Assembly (NCBI GenBank): GCA_032718475.1
Contig: JAUCBJ010009116.1
Span: forward strand, 62,001-126,000
Origin: Nemertoderma westbladi
Taxonomy: Eukaryota; Animalia; Xenacoelomorpha
Length of the DNA stretch: 64,000 nucleotides
Direction of reading: 5' to 3'
Made by a program: the position numbers and the translations under genes. The notes under the pieces are model-generated. The model was not told the origin of the DNA, searched no databases, and saw only the letters and a program-made list of their open reading frames with translations. Below, piece by piece: positions 53,063-64,000 of the stretch (position 1 is the stretch's first letter; the number at the start of each line of letters is the position of its first letter).

Positions 53063-53155
53063 TTATTGTTTACGTGGTATCCAATGACGGCGTTAAGTAA
53101 TGTCCCCTTAGTGGACATTACTTAACGCCGTCATTTGTTACCACGTAAACAATAA
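53063..53155. repeat. Near-perfect inverted repeat (43-bp arms, 2 mismatches, 7-nt loop)
   Basis: ttattgtttacgtggtatccaatgacggcgttaagtaatgtcc / ggacattacttaacgccgtcatttgttaccacgtaaacaataa. Confidence 0.93.
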
Positions 53156-53875
53156 CACCAAATACAATACTAATTGTACATGCAAATACAATGCTGTAAT
53201 TTCCTTAAAAGTTGTAAGTGCTAAATAACAACTCGCTGTTAATACTAACGGCGTTGAGTAATGTTACAATTTTGGAATAAAGAGTTATAACACCAAAAAT
53301 ACACCATACCCCCTTCATTTAGTTTATTTAACACCCACAATTCACCCCCCCCCCTTAATTATTCTACATATTATAGTTCTATAATCGGCGAGCAGCGTTC
53401 GAGTTACAATTAGCATGCTACGCCGGCTTATCGATAATATAGCGCCGCCACAACTCGCTACCCCCCTTGACTTTCGCCAGTTTATCAGCTCGCTCGACCT
53501 AGTAGTAGTAAAACTGAGTTCGTTTATTGTATTTATACATAAAAGTTGCAATTCTACAGTGGTTATATAATTTTCGCAGTACCATTGGCTACAGATATTG
53601 CAAACTGAGATGGCAACAGTAGCCGATGGTTAAACATTCGAAATTACGGAATTACGGAATCCCAAACGCGGTAACTATAGAAACCACTCCAACCCAAACT
53701 AAATGTAGTAAATGCGCAAAATCACTTTACCTAGTCCGTTTTCCAATGAAACCAAAGATATATTCAATTATTGTTATCTTAATTAGCCTGACTTCTAATA
53801 TTTAGACAACAAAAACATGACTCCACAATAATTCTATTAGCGAAATCTAGAATTACGCAAATTATAATAACTAGA

Positions 53876-54164
53876 TTACGTTGAGGAATGTCTCCGTCGC
53901 ATCCGATTGGCTAAACGGCCTTCCATTGCCGCGATCATAGCTTCATTGCCTAACTCCTTGCTGAGTTCCAATGGACTCCGATTGGCCAAATTCTTTATGC
54001 GAGTTGAGGCTCCCAATGAGATTAACAATTGAGCGGCCAAACAGCTGTTATTGAGGGCGGCAACATGAAGAGCTGTATTCCCAGCCCAATCTTTAATGTC
54101 CCAACTGGTAAATCCGGCATCTTGGTACATACGGATACCGGCAACATCGTCCATGCGCGTCCAT
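53876..54164 (-). CDS. Last coding exon of an ankyrin-repeat protein; upstream exons lie beyond the right edge
   Basis: Acceptor ttatttgtttag| at 54165; encodes DWAGNTALHVAALNN...LLISLGASTRIKNLANRSPLEL; TAA at 53876. Confidence 0.82.
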
Positions 54165-54210
54165 CTAAACAAATAATAATCAAACAATAACTATTGGAAC
54201 ACATCCTCCC

Positions 54211-57027
54211 ATACCTTATCAAAAACCTTACCTAACACTACAAACTTATCAAATACATCAACAACCTTACCAAATATATCAACAACCTTACCAAACACAT
54301 AACCAAGAAGTTTACCAAACACAACAACCTTATACCAAACAAATCAACAACCATACCAAATATATCAACAACCTTACCAAACACATAACCAAGAAGTTTA
54401 CCAAACACAACAACCTTATACCAAACAAATCAACAACCATACCAAATATATCAACCACCTTACCAAACACAACAACCTTATACCAAACAAATCAACAACC
54501 ATACCAAATATATCAACAACCTTACCAAACACAACAACCTTATACCAAACAAATCAACAACCATACCAAATATATCAACAACCTTACCAAACACATAACC
54601 GAGAAGTTTACCAAACACAACAACCTTATACCAAACAAATCAACAACCATACCAAATATATCAACAACCTTACCAAACACATAACCAAGAAGTTTACCAA
54701 ACACAAAAACCTTATACCAAACAAATCAACAACCATACCAAATATATCAACAACCTTACCTAACACATAACCAAGAAGTTTACCAAACACAACAACCTTA
54801 TACCAAACAAATCAACAACCATACCAAATATATCAACAACTTTACCAAACACATAACCAAGAAGTTTACCAAACACAACAACCTTATACCAAAAAAATCA
54901 ACAACCATACCAAATATATCAACAACCTTACCAAACACATAACCAAGAAGTTTACCAAACAAATCAACAACCATACCAAATATATCAACAACCTTACCAA
55001 ACACATAACCAAGAAGTTTACCAAACACAACAACCTTATACCAAACAAATCAACAACCATACCAAATATATCAACAACCTTACCAAACACATAACCAAGA
55101 AGTTTACCAAACACAACAACCTCATACCAAACAAATCAACAACCATACCAAATATATCAACAACCTTACCAAACACAACAACCTTATACCAAACAAATCA
55201 ACAACCATACCAAATATATCAACAACCTTACCAAACACATAACCAAGAAGTTTACCAAACACAACAACCTTATACCAAACAAATCAACAACCATACCAAA
55301 TATATCAACAACCTTACCAAACACATAACCAAGAAGTTTACCAAACACAACAACCTTATACCAAACAAATCAACAACCATACCAAATATATCAACAACCT
55401 TACCAAACACATAACCAAGAAGTTTACCAAACACAACAACCTTATACCAAACAAATCAACAACCATACCAAATATATCAACAACCTTACCAAACACATAA
55501 CCAAGAAGTTTACCAAACACAACAACCTTATACCAAACAAATCAACAACCATACCAAATATATCAACAACCTTACCAAACACAACAACCTTATACCAAAC
55601 AAATCAACAACCATACCAAATATATCAACAACCTTACCAAACACATAACCAAGAAGTTTACCAAACACAACAACCTTATACCAAACAAATCAACAACCAT
55701 AACAAATATATCAACAACCTTACCAAACACATAACCAAGAAGTTTACCAAACACAACAACCTTATACCAAACAAATCAACAACCATACCAAATATATCAA
55801 CAACCTTACCAAACACATAACCAAGAAGTTTACCAAACAAATCAACAACCTTATACCAAACAAATCAACAACCATACCAAATATATCAACAACCTTACCA
55901 AACACATAACCAATAAGTTTGCCAAACACAACAACCTTATACCAAACAAATCAACAACCATACCAAATATATCAACAACCTTACCAAACACATAACCAAG
56001 AAGTTTACCAAACACAACAACCTCATACCAAACAAATCAACAACCATACCAAATATATCAACAACCTTACCAAACACAACAACCTTATACCAAACAAATC
56101 AACAACCATACCAAATATATCAACAACCTTACCAAACACATAACCAAGAAGTTTACCAAACACAACAACCTTATACCAAACAAATCAACAACCATACCAA
56201 ATATATCAACAACCTTACCAAACACATAACCAAGAAGTTTACCAAACACAACAACCTTATACCAAACAAATCAACAACCATACCAAATATATCAACAACC
56301 TTACCAAACACATAACCAAGAAGTTTACCAAACACAACAACCTTATACCAAACAAATCAACAACCATACCAAATATATCAACAACCTTACCAAACACATA
56401 ACCAAGAAGTTTACCAAACACAACAACCTTATACCAAACAAATCAACAACCATACCAAATATATCAACAACCTTACCAAACACATAACCAAGAAGTTTAC
56501 CAAACACAACAACCTTATACCAAACAAATCAACAACCTTACCAAACACAACAACCTTATACCAAACAAATCAACAACCATACCAAATATATCAACAACCT
56601 TACCAAACACATAACCAAGAAGTTTACCAAACACAACAACCTTATACCAAACAAATCAACAACCATACCAAATATATCAACAACCTTACCAAACACATAA
56701 CCAAGAAGTTTACCAAACACAACAACCTTATACCAAACAAATCAACAACCATACCAAATATATCAACAACCTTACCAAACACATAACCAAGAAGTTTACC
56801 AAACACAACAACCTTATACCAAACAAATCAACAACCATACCAAATATATCAACAACCTTACCAAACACATAACCAAGAAGTTTACCAAACACAACAACCT
56901 TATACCAAACAAATCAACAACCATACCAAATATATCAACAACCTTACCAAACACATAACCAAGAAGTTTACCAAACACAACAACCTTATACCAAACAAAT
57001 CAACAACCATACCAAATATATCAACAA
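54211..57027. repeat. 86-bp (variant ~62-bp) intronic minisatellite built from ~21-bp subunits; interrupted by BEL copy 2
   Basis: taccaaacacataaccaagaagtttaccaaacacaacaaccttataccaaacaaatcaacaaccataccaaatatatcaacaacct repeated; it stops mid-unit at the LTR. Confidence 0.95.
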
Positions 57028-57618
57028 TGTGACGGGATCAGTGGATCCCGACCGGTTTTGTTTCGTTACGCGTCACCGCGTTGTTGTGAAAAGATAATAG
57101 TTAGGGTAAACCTAGTTGTTGTTCTGATATCGTTTGACTAACTGACGCAGATATAATATAATAGCACAGTTGAGAAATAAATGTAAAGGCAGAAATAAAT
57201 GTAGTACCGGTAGTGGCGGTGACGGTACGAAATGTCACCGTACTGCACCTGATGATTGAGTAAACTGAGTAACTTTACTGCATGCAATATAATATATACA
57301 TTGGTTAATCCTACAGTATCTTGCCCTCTGTACCTAGCTGACGCTTTCCTCTCCCATTGGTTGATATACTAATTCTCGGCTCCCACCTCTGTGGGAGTGC
57401 TCCCCCCCCCCCCCCCCCCCCCGCTGCTGTTACTTTCCCTCCCCAAGAGGTTTGACCTATAACCTCTTTTGTGTGGCCCTTTGGGGCCGTGTGTTGTCCC
57501 CGTTATTGGGGGTGATACGAGGTTGATTGTAATCAACCTCGTACTACTCCCCAATATTGCTTAAAACGCCACTTCCCAACTTTATGGGGTCGGTGGGGCG
57601 GAATTGAATCCGCTCACA
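57028..57618 (-). repeat. 3' LTR of BEL copy 2 (591 bp)
   Basis: tgtgacgg...ccgctcaca terminal inverted repeat; polypurine tract at 57619-57630 (minus strand). Confidence 0.9.
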
Positions 57619-58556
57619 CTCCCCCCATGCTATCTTCCCGGTGAGAAGATAGCATCACCTTCGAGTGCGCTTCAATTCCGCTGGAACCCGATCTATTATC
57701 GGGTGTGGGGTGGAGTTCTCTTACTTGGAGTCGGCTTTCCGGGCCGCTCCCTCTGGGTACGATGTTACTACCCCCTCTTGGTGCAACCGCAACCTATGTT
57801 GCACCAAGATATCTGACGTCTCGGTTCGAGACAATTGTGGACTCCTCACACAATTTTAAAAATTCCTCTCACTCTAAGTTCACTTCAGCTCCACTCCAAC
57901 TCCACTCTACTCTATCTTACTCGTTCCCCACACCCGAATCGCACTCCTTTCACTTTCCCTTATCCTGTCAAACCTCCTCTCCATTCTCCCCCCCGATTCT
58001 CATTCTCACTTTCATTCCTCACACACTTATTGGGCCCCATACATGTGCGCATCATGTTAGTGGGAGCCGTCTAAGTCCCGTCCTGTCGCCCTAGTCAATT
58101 AATCCCCAGTCCCAGTAACTAATTGGAAAAGGGTTGTGCTTGACTACGGTACAACTTCCAACTTCTCCCACCTCTGATATGGTGTATCCACCTCCCTGTC
58201 TACTAGATGCCGGTTGTTGTAGTACACCGACTCGTCCTTCAGCCCCGGGTGGTCTACCAGACCTCCGAAGGCCACCTTGAAGGCTCTTCTGTAGTTCGGG
58301 GGTGGTCCTGATATTCTTAATTTTTAATTTTGATTTTTTTGTTTTGCCCGCATTTGCCCCTATTCTGTGCTATTATATTTGTACCTACCTCTCTACTTAC
58401 TTCTTACTTACTACTTACCATGCAACTCTCTTACTACTAACTCTATTAACTCTCTAAAACTCTACTAACTCTCTAACTCTACTAAGTCTCTAACTCTACT
58501 AAGTCTCCAACTCTACTAACTTTCTAACGGTACTATGTACCCTCCTAGTACTCTCT

Positions 58557-58786
58557 CGGTACTATGTACCCTCTTACTCCCGTGGTATGTCTCTATACCA
58601 CACTCCCTGATCTCTAACTTCTACCTCTCCCGGTACTATGTACCCTCTTACTCCCGTGGTATGTCTCTATACCACACTCCCTGATCTCTAACTTCTACCT
58701 CTCCCGGTACTATGTACCCTCTTACTCCCGTGGTATGTCTCTATACCACACTCCCTGATCTCTAACTTCTACCTCTCCCGGTACTA
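58557..58786. repeat. 74-bp tandem repeat x3 in the BEL 3' UTR
   Basis: cggtacta... at 58557, 58631, 58705 and 58779; each unit contains the hairpin gtggtat-gtctct-ataccac. Confidence 0.9.
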
Positions 58787-59046
58787 ACTTCTATCAACTT
58801 TCTAACTATTACTAACTTTCTAACTTTCCAACTACTACTAACTTTCTAACTACAACTAACTTCTGCTAACTTTCTATCTACTACTTAGTGCTACATACTA
58901 TCTAGCACTATCACTTTCTGACTTTCTCCTCTCTAACTTTCTTTCTATTATTTTATTTATTTTATTATTTTTTATTATTTGTTGTGGGAAGGGCGTCTCG
59001 CCCTCATTCCCACCCCCCTCAGTCCAACATATTGGACGACTAAACT

Positions 59047-62000
59047 CTACGGTGCCCCTTCTAGGCAGCACTTTCCTACAGCCCTCCTGTAGGTCTTCCT
59101 ATCTTTCGCTCCTATCTTGCCCCCTATCCGTACTTCCACCGATCACACTCTTCCGTCCTCGTCGGAGTAAGTGTCTACTATTCTTGCTAGCCTCCACTGA
59201 TTGTTGATGATGGTGTCGTCCGTAACGATCACCAAATCACCCTTCTTTAACTCTCTAGTGGTATTTCTCCACTTGCTCCTCCTATGTAATGTGGGTAGGT
59301 ATTCCTCGACTTATCGCCTTAGCGACTTTCCAACTCTGTCGGGAGTGTATGTCATCTGGGTCTACACCCCGCATGTCGATGGTCGCCGGCCTCTCCATTA
59401 GAAAGTGACTGGGTGTCAGCACATCTAATGATTCTGGGTCATCATTTTCTGGGTATAGCGGTCTGCTATTAATGATACCCTCGCACTTAGCTAGCTGGGT
59501 GTTCATCAACTTCGTCATCAGACGCTTGGAACTACCCACCTAAAGTATGTGGAGCATACGGCGTCCTCCTCTCCCACTTCACCTGTCGTCTTCTCATGGC
59601 TGCCCTGACTTCCTCCCCTTCCAGGATGTCCAAGGCCTCTGCCAGCTCGTTCTCCGCCCCCACAAAGTTGGTTCCATTATCGGAGTATATTACTGCGATC
59701 GTCCCACCTTTGCGGTCTCTGAACCTCTCTAGGGCATTGATGAATGCCGATGCGGTTGCGTCTTGGGCGAGTTCTATTCCTACCGCCCGCGTGTTGTTAC
59801 ATACGAAGATAATGCCGTAGCGCTTCTCCGTGTGCCGCATCACCCTGATCTTTATCGGCCCGAACATATCTACACCGCAGTGCGTGAATGGCAGGTCGTG
59901 CTGTCTCACCCTGCTGGCCGGTAATGGCGCCATCTCCTGTACGGCCTGCTCCTTCCTCGTGCGTTGGCAGGTCTGGCACTGCCCCACTACCGCCTTCACC
60001 TTCTTTCTTAGCTGTGTGATCCAGAAGGTCCTCCGTATCTCCGTGAGGGTCCGGTTGGTGCCCCCGTGCAATATCGACTTGTGGGAGTCCCAAATGATCT
60101 GATGGACCATCGGCGATCTATTCGGGATGATGATGGGTTTCGGTGGGATAATGAGGCTGTTGTTACTTAGCACTCTAGAGTTCATTACTAAGATCCCATC
60201 GTCGTTGAGTTGTTGTTGTTTACCGACGCGCTCCACTTCGTCGCCGTAGTACCTTTTCTGTTTGTAGCGAATCACGGCCTTGGCCGCTCCCTCCAGATCG
60301 ATGTTTGGTTTCCTCTTGGCGTCTTTGCCAATTCCCTTGAGGAAATCCCCGAAGGCTCTCCAGTACGCCACCAACTTCTTGGTCTTGTACCAACTTGAGC
60401 TGTAGCTGAGGAGTTTATCCGTCGGGTTATCGCATGGTTCTTCTGACTTTGGTTGCACCTCCCTAATCTCCCTCGCCATCTGACTATATATCTCTTCACC
60501 TTCTGAGTCTCCTCCCTCCTCCTCTAGTGTTACCTCCTCTGAGCCCGGGTCCATCTTCTTCATTGGTGGCCAGGCCGTCCTATCGTTCAGGAACTGTGGC
60601 CCGTGCTGCCACAATACTTCCTTCCTCAAGAAAGTGTGGCGTACCACGCCCCTTGATAACAAGTTCTCGTCCGTTGGGCAGTAGTGCCACCTCTCCAAGT
60701 CTGTCGTCGCCCTTATTTCGTCCACCCTATTTGCGACGAATATAGGGTATCTCGTCTTCTCATTGTGCAGCCACCCTAGCACTGCCATGGAGTCCGTCCA
60801 GTAGTGTGTTTCCACTATGTTGGGAATAGTGTCTATCAAGTAGGCTGTGGCCCTTACTCCTAATCTTGCAGCTGTCAACTCAAGTTTCGGGACCGATGCT
60901 GAATCTGGCGGCGTCGACTTTGCTTTGCTGAATGCAAGTCTGGGCTTGTGAGCCCCCTCTCATTGTACTAGGTAGAGTGCCGCTCCGTATGCTTCTAATG
61001 ATGCATCGGAGAACATGTGTAGATCCAGATCCATCATGTCCCCATCTGGGAAATACACGCGTGGAATGCTGTACGTCCCCATCTGTTCTAAACTCCCCGC
61101 CCACTTACTCCACTGGTTGCTGATTTCTTCCGGGACCACTGTATCCCACTCATCCTTTAACTTATATACTTTCTTAAGTATCTGTTTCCCCGCAACTAAT
61201 AGTGGGGATGCTAGGCCTAGGGGATCGTATATCCTTGCTATGTACGATACATAGCCCCTCTTTGTGCGGATGTCCGCGCCCTCCTGGCTCAGCTGATACT
61301 TGAACTCGTCTGTCTCTCGGTTCCACACGATCCCTAGTGCCTTTTGCTGGGACTCTACTCTTTTGTTCACCATGTCCTGTCCCTTGGCTGTTGTGGGGTT
61401 ATCCATGGTCGACTCTGGCCGTCTGTCCTCTATGGCTTTCATAAACTCTTCTGAGCTGGATTGGAACTTGGTCAGGTTAAACCCGGATCCCTTCAGGATG
61501 TCGCGAACCTCGCGCCCTGTATCCAGTAGTTATTTAACCGTGTTTCCAGACTCCATTCCGTCGTCTACATAGAAGCCGCATCGAATCATATCGACGGCTT
61601 TGGTGCTATATTTCTCCTCTTTCCCCTCTACTGTATCCCTCACAGCCACAGTCGTCGTAAATGAGGACGACTTGGCCCCCATATTCTGTACCACCATCTT
61701 GTACATCGGTATTGTCGACGGTTCTTCGTCGCCGTTGTACCATAGGAAGCACTGGCTGTCACTATCCTCCTCCATCACACGGACTTGGTTAAACATGCCT
61801 TCAATGTCGCAAGTGAAGGAATCGAATCATTTCTGAATCTGAGCAGGACCTCGATTCCTGAGTTATAGATATTAGGACCCTCCAGCAGATAATCGTTTAG
61901 GCATTTGCCGTTGGTCTTAGCCGATGCGTCAACTACCATCCGCAGTTTACCTTTCTTCGGGTCTAGAGCCACGTGAAGTGGAAGGTAATAGGTCCTGTCT

Positions 62001-64000
62001 GTGTTCGGTTCGTCGAGCAGCAACTCCACAGCCCATCCTTTCTCGACGTACTTCCTTATCGTCTTATGGATGTACTCATCCTTTTCGGGGCTCCGTTTCA
62101 GCGTTTGCTTCAGTTTGCGGAGCCTCGTGAGTACCATCCTCTTGTTGTCAGGCAACGGTAGCTTTGGCTGTTTCCACACCATGCCTATGGTGTACCGTCC
62201 CTCCTCACACCTCATCGACTCCTTCACACTTTGTATTGCCTGTTTATCTTCTACCGAGGTTCCGACCCCAGTCTCTTTCAATCCCTCAAAGTCCTGCCTG
62301 AGTAGTCTCCTGAGCTGCTCCTCCGCTCCTTCATCTTCCATCTCCCTCATAGTTCCCGCGAACATGCACCCTGATGTCTCCGACATCCTAAACGGAATCT
62401 TAGTCCTGATTGAGCCGCTTAGCGTCCACCCGAATGGTGTTAAAATTGCCACCGGGTCACGCTGTCTATCTTCGCTGAAGACCGTCTGCATTCTCTCGTG
62501 GGCCGTCGGGCAGTCCATTCCTACTATAATGGATACCTTCCTAACGTCCACCTCTGGTATTGAGAAATCGATACGGTCCAGGAATCTATATTGTTCGACC
62601 TCGATTTTGGTTGGTCGCCTGGCGTTGATATTTATCGATTCTATCACCTGGATGGGGTCGATCGTCGCCCCATAATCGCATCCCGGTGCTATCGCTGCTA
62701 TCCCGCACCATCCGGTCCTCATCTCCAGGACCTCATCTTTGCTGGAGATGGTTGTTACCGCCATCCTACTTGGCCTCGTCTTCAATCCTATCTCTTCGGC
62801 CACACAATTCTCGACCAATGTGAAGGCTGCTCCACTATCGACCAGCATCAGCGTAGTTACTGATCGATTGCCTTCTCCGATCACCCTCACTGGTACTACC
62901 CCGAGTAGTACCGTTCCTCTCTTCTTCGCCCCTACGGTGCTTGTCGCCATTGTCTGCCCTTTGCCTTGACTGAACTTAATTGGTGTTTCTTTACACTCCT
63001 CAACCTTGTGTCCCCCTATCACACATCGGTGACAAATTCCATTCTTATCCGCATAGGATTTTCGGTCCTGTTTGGGTAACGCCTGCCAATGCTTACAGTC
63101 CATGGTCTTATGGGTTCTGTCTTTATGTAATTGACATTTATATTATGGGTTGTAGCGTTCCCTATATAACCCTACACGTATTGCGCGTAGGTTTACGTCT
63201 ACCGGCTTAGTGTTTTGGTTATTTGGCCTACTGGGTGTGTTGGGGTTATATTTGTTCATGTTGTTATTTTGTCCCTGTTCGTGCCACAGTCTGGCCCCAC
63301 TTCCAGCTATCTGTGGACTTGCAGTCCCCTGTGTCGCCGCGTATGGTAGGGATTGTCTTAATTTTGGCAACGCATTCGCCGCGTTATGCTCTGGTTTCGG
63401 CCTGTTGTATTCGGCCCTCGGCCCCTTCCCCAGACTATCCTCGCTATAGACTGGGTCTGTGATCAATTCGGCTTCGTAGTTGAGGAAGCTCGACATTTCC
63501 TCCAAGCCCAGTTCCGCACCCTTCTTCTCTCGGGTGGAGAAAGCGATTTTTCTCCACTTATTGCGCAGCCAGATCGGCAGTGCCTGCGCTATCGTGGTGA
63601 TGTTATTAGATGCGTTGAGTTTGTATGGCGCATCTAGCGTCTTCAACACGATTAGCGCCTTCTCGACTTTGTTCGCAAATGTCTTTATGCTAATGGGGTT
63701 ATCCTGTAGGCCACCCGATGTTATACCTCTTAGGGTCTGCCGGATGATCTTGGCCGGGTGCCCGTACTCCCTAGCGCCCGCACTCCCTAGCGCCCGCCAT
63801 GCTGTCGTGAAGCCACCCTCGATGCCCTGGTACTGCCTCACGATGTCATACGCTGGGCCTTCTGTATACACCTGTAGATATTTTAGGCACTCCGCCTGCG
63901 TCAGGTTCTTAGTCAATATGCACGCTGTACATGCGCCGAAATTGCAGGTATTCTTCCGGCCTGCTTCCATCGAATTTAAATGGTTCTACAGGTGGTAACT
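59047..64000 (-). pseudogene. Frameshifted BEL gag-pol polyprotein
   Basis: Broken into ORFs 63143..63970, 61775..63103, 61530..61796, 60960..61442, 59532..60878 and 59282..59539 by frameshifts and stops. Confidence 0.9.

Larger units (their letters stand above)
57028..64000 (-). mobile_element. BEL/Pao LTR retrotransposon (copy 2), 3' part, degenerate; runs off the right edge
   Basis: Domain order gag-protease-RT (FYVDDG)-RNase H (HMFSDAS, YWTDS)-integrase (H..H/C..C, GVDMFGP, YSDNGTNFVGA); PPT gcatggggggag immediately before the 3' LTR. Confidence 0.95.

Noticed and set aside
53876-54164. Specific identity for the ankyrin exon (e.g. asparaginase or glutaminase C-terminus)
   Set aside because: Only about two generic ankyrin repeats are visible, which is not enough to name the gene.
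54798-56143. Hydrophobic or Gln/Thr-rich repeat ORFs
   Set aside because: These are translations of the 86-bp minisatellite; the unit is not a multiple of three.

Overview
This is AT-rich animal (invertebrate-type) nuclear DNA; I found no prokaryotic features. Three spliced host genes can be reconstructed with consistent GT-AG sites and reading phases. (1) The 5' seven coding exons of a VWA7-like secreted protein on the minus strand (14997->6845, continuing off the left edge). (2) A complete six-exon stum/SPEC3-family membrane protein gene on the plus strand (17604..32200, about 238 aa). (3) The last exon of an ankyrin-repeat gene on the minus strand (54164->53876). Both ends of the window are occupied by related BEL/Pao LTR retrotransposons. 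The introns and flanks also hold RTE-, CRE- and Crack/Daphne-like LINE fragments, two tRNA-derived SINEs, nested non-autonomous DNA transposons with tandem-repeat arms, and a ~17 kb 41-bp satellite containing an assembly gap. The most unusual pattern is that four unrelated tandem arrays are each an amplification of a functional exon-intron junction (three donors, one acceptor). The outermost unit of each array is the real splice site. One 2.6-kb intron is made almost entirely of a donor array joined to an acceptor array. All family assignments come from motif recognition by eye, not from database searches.
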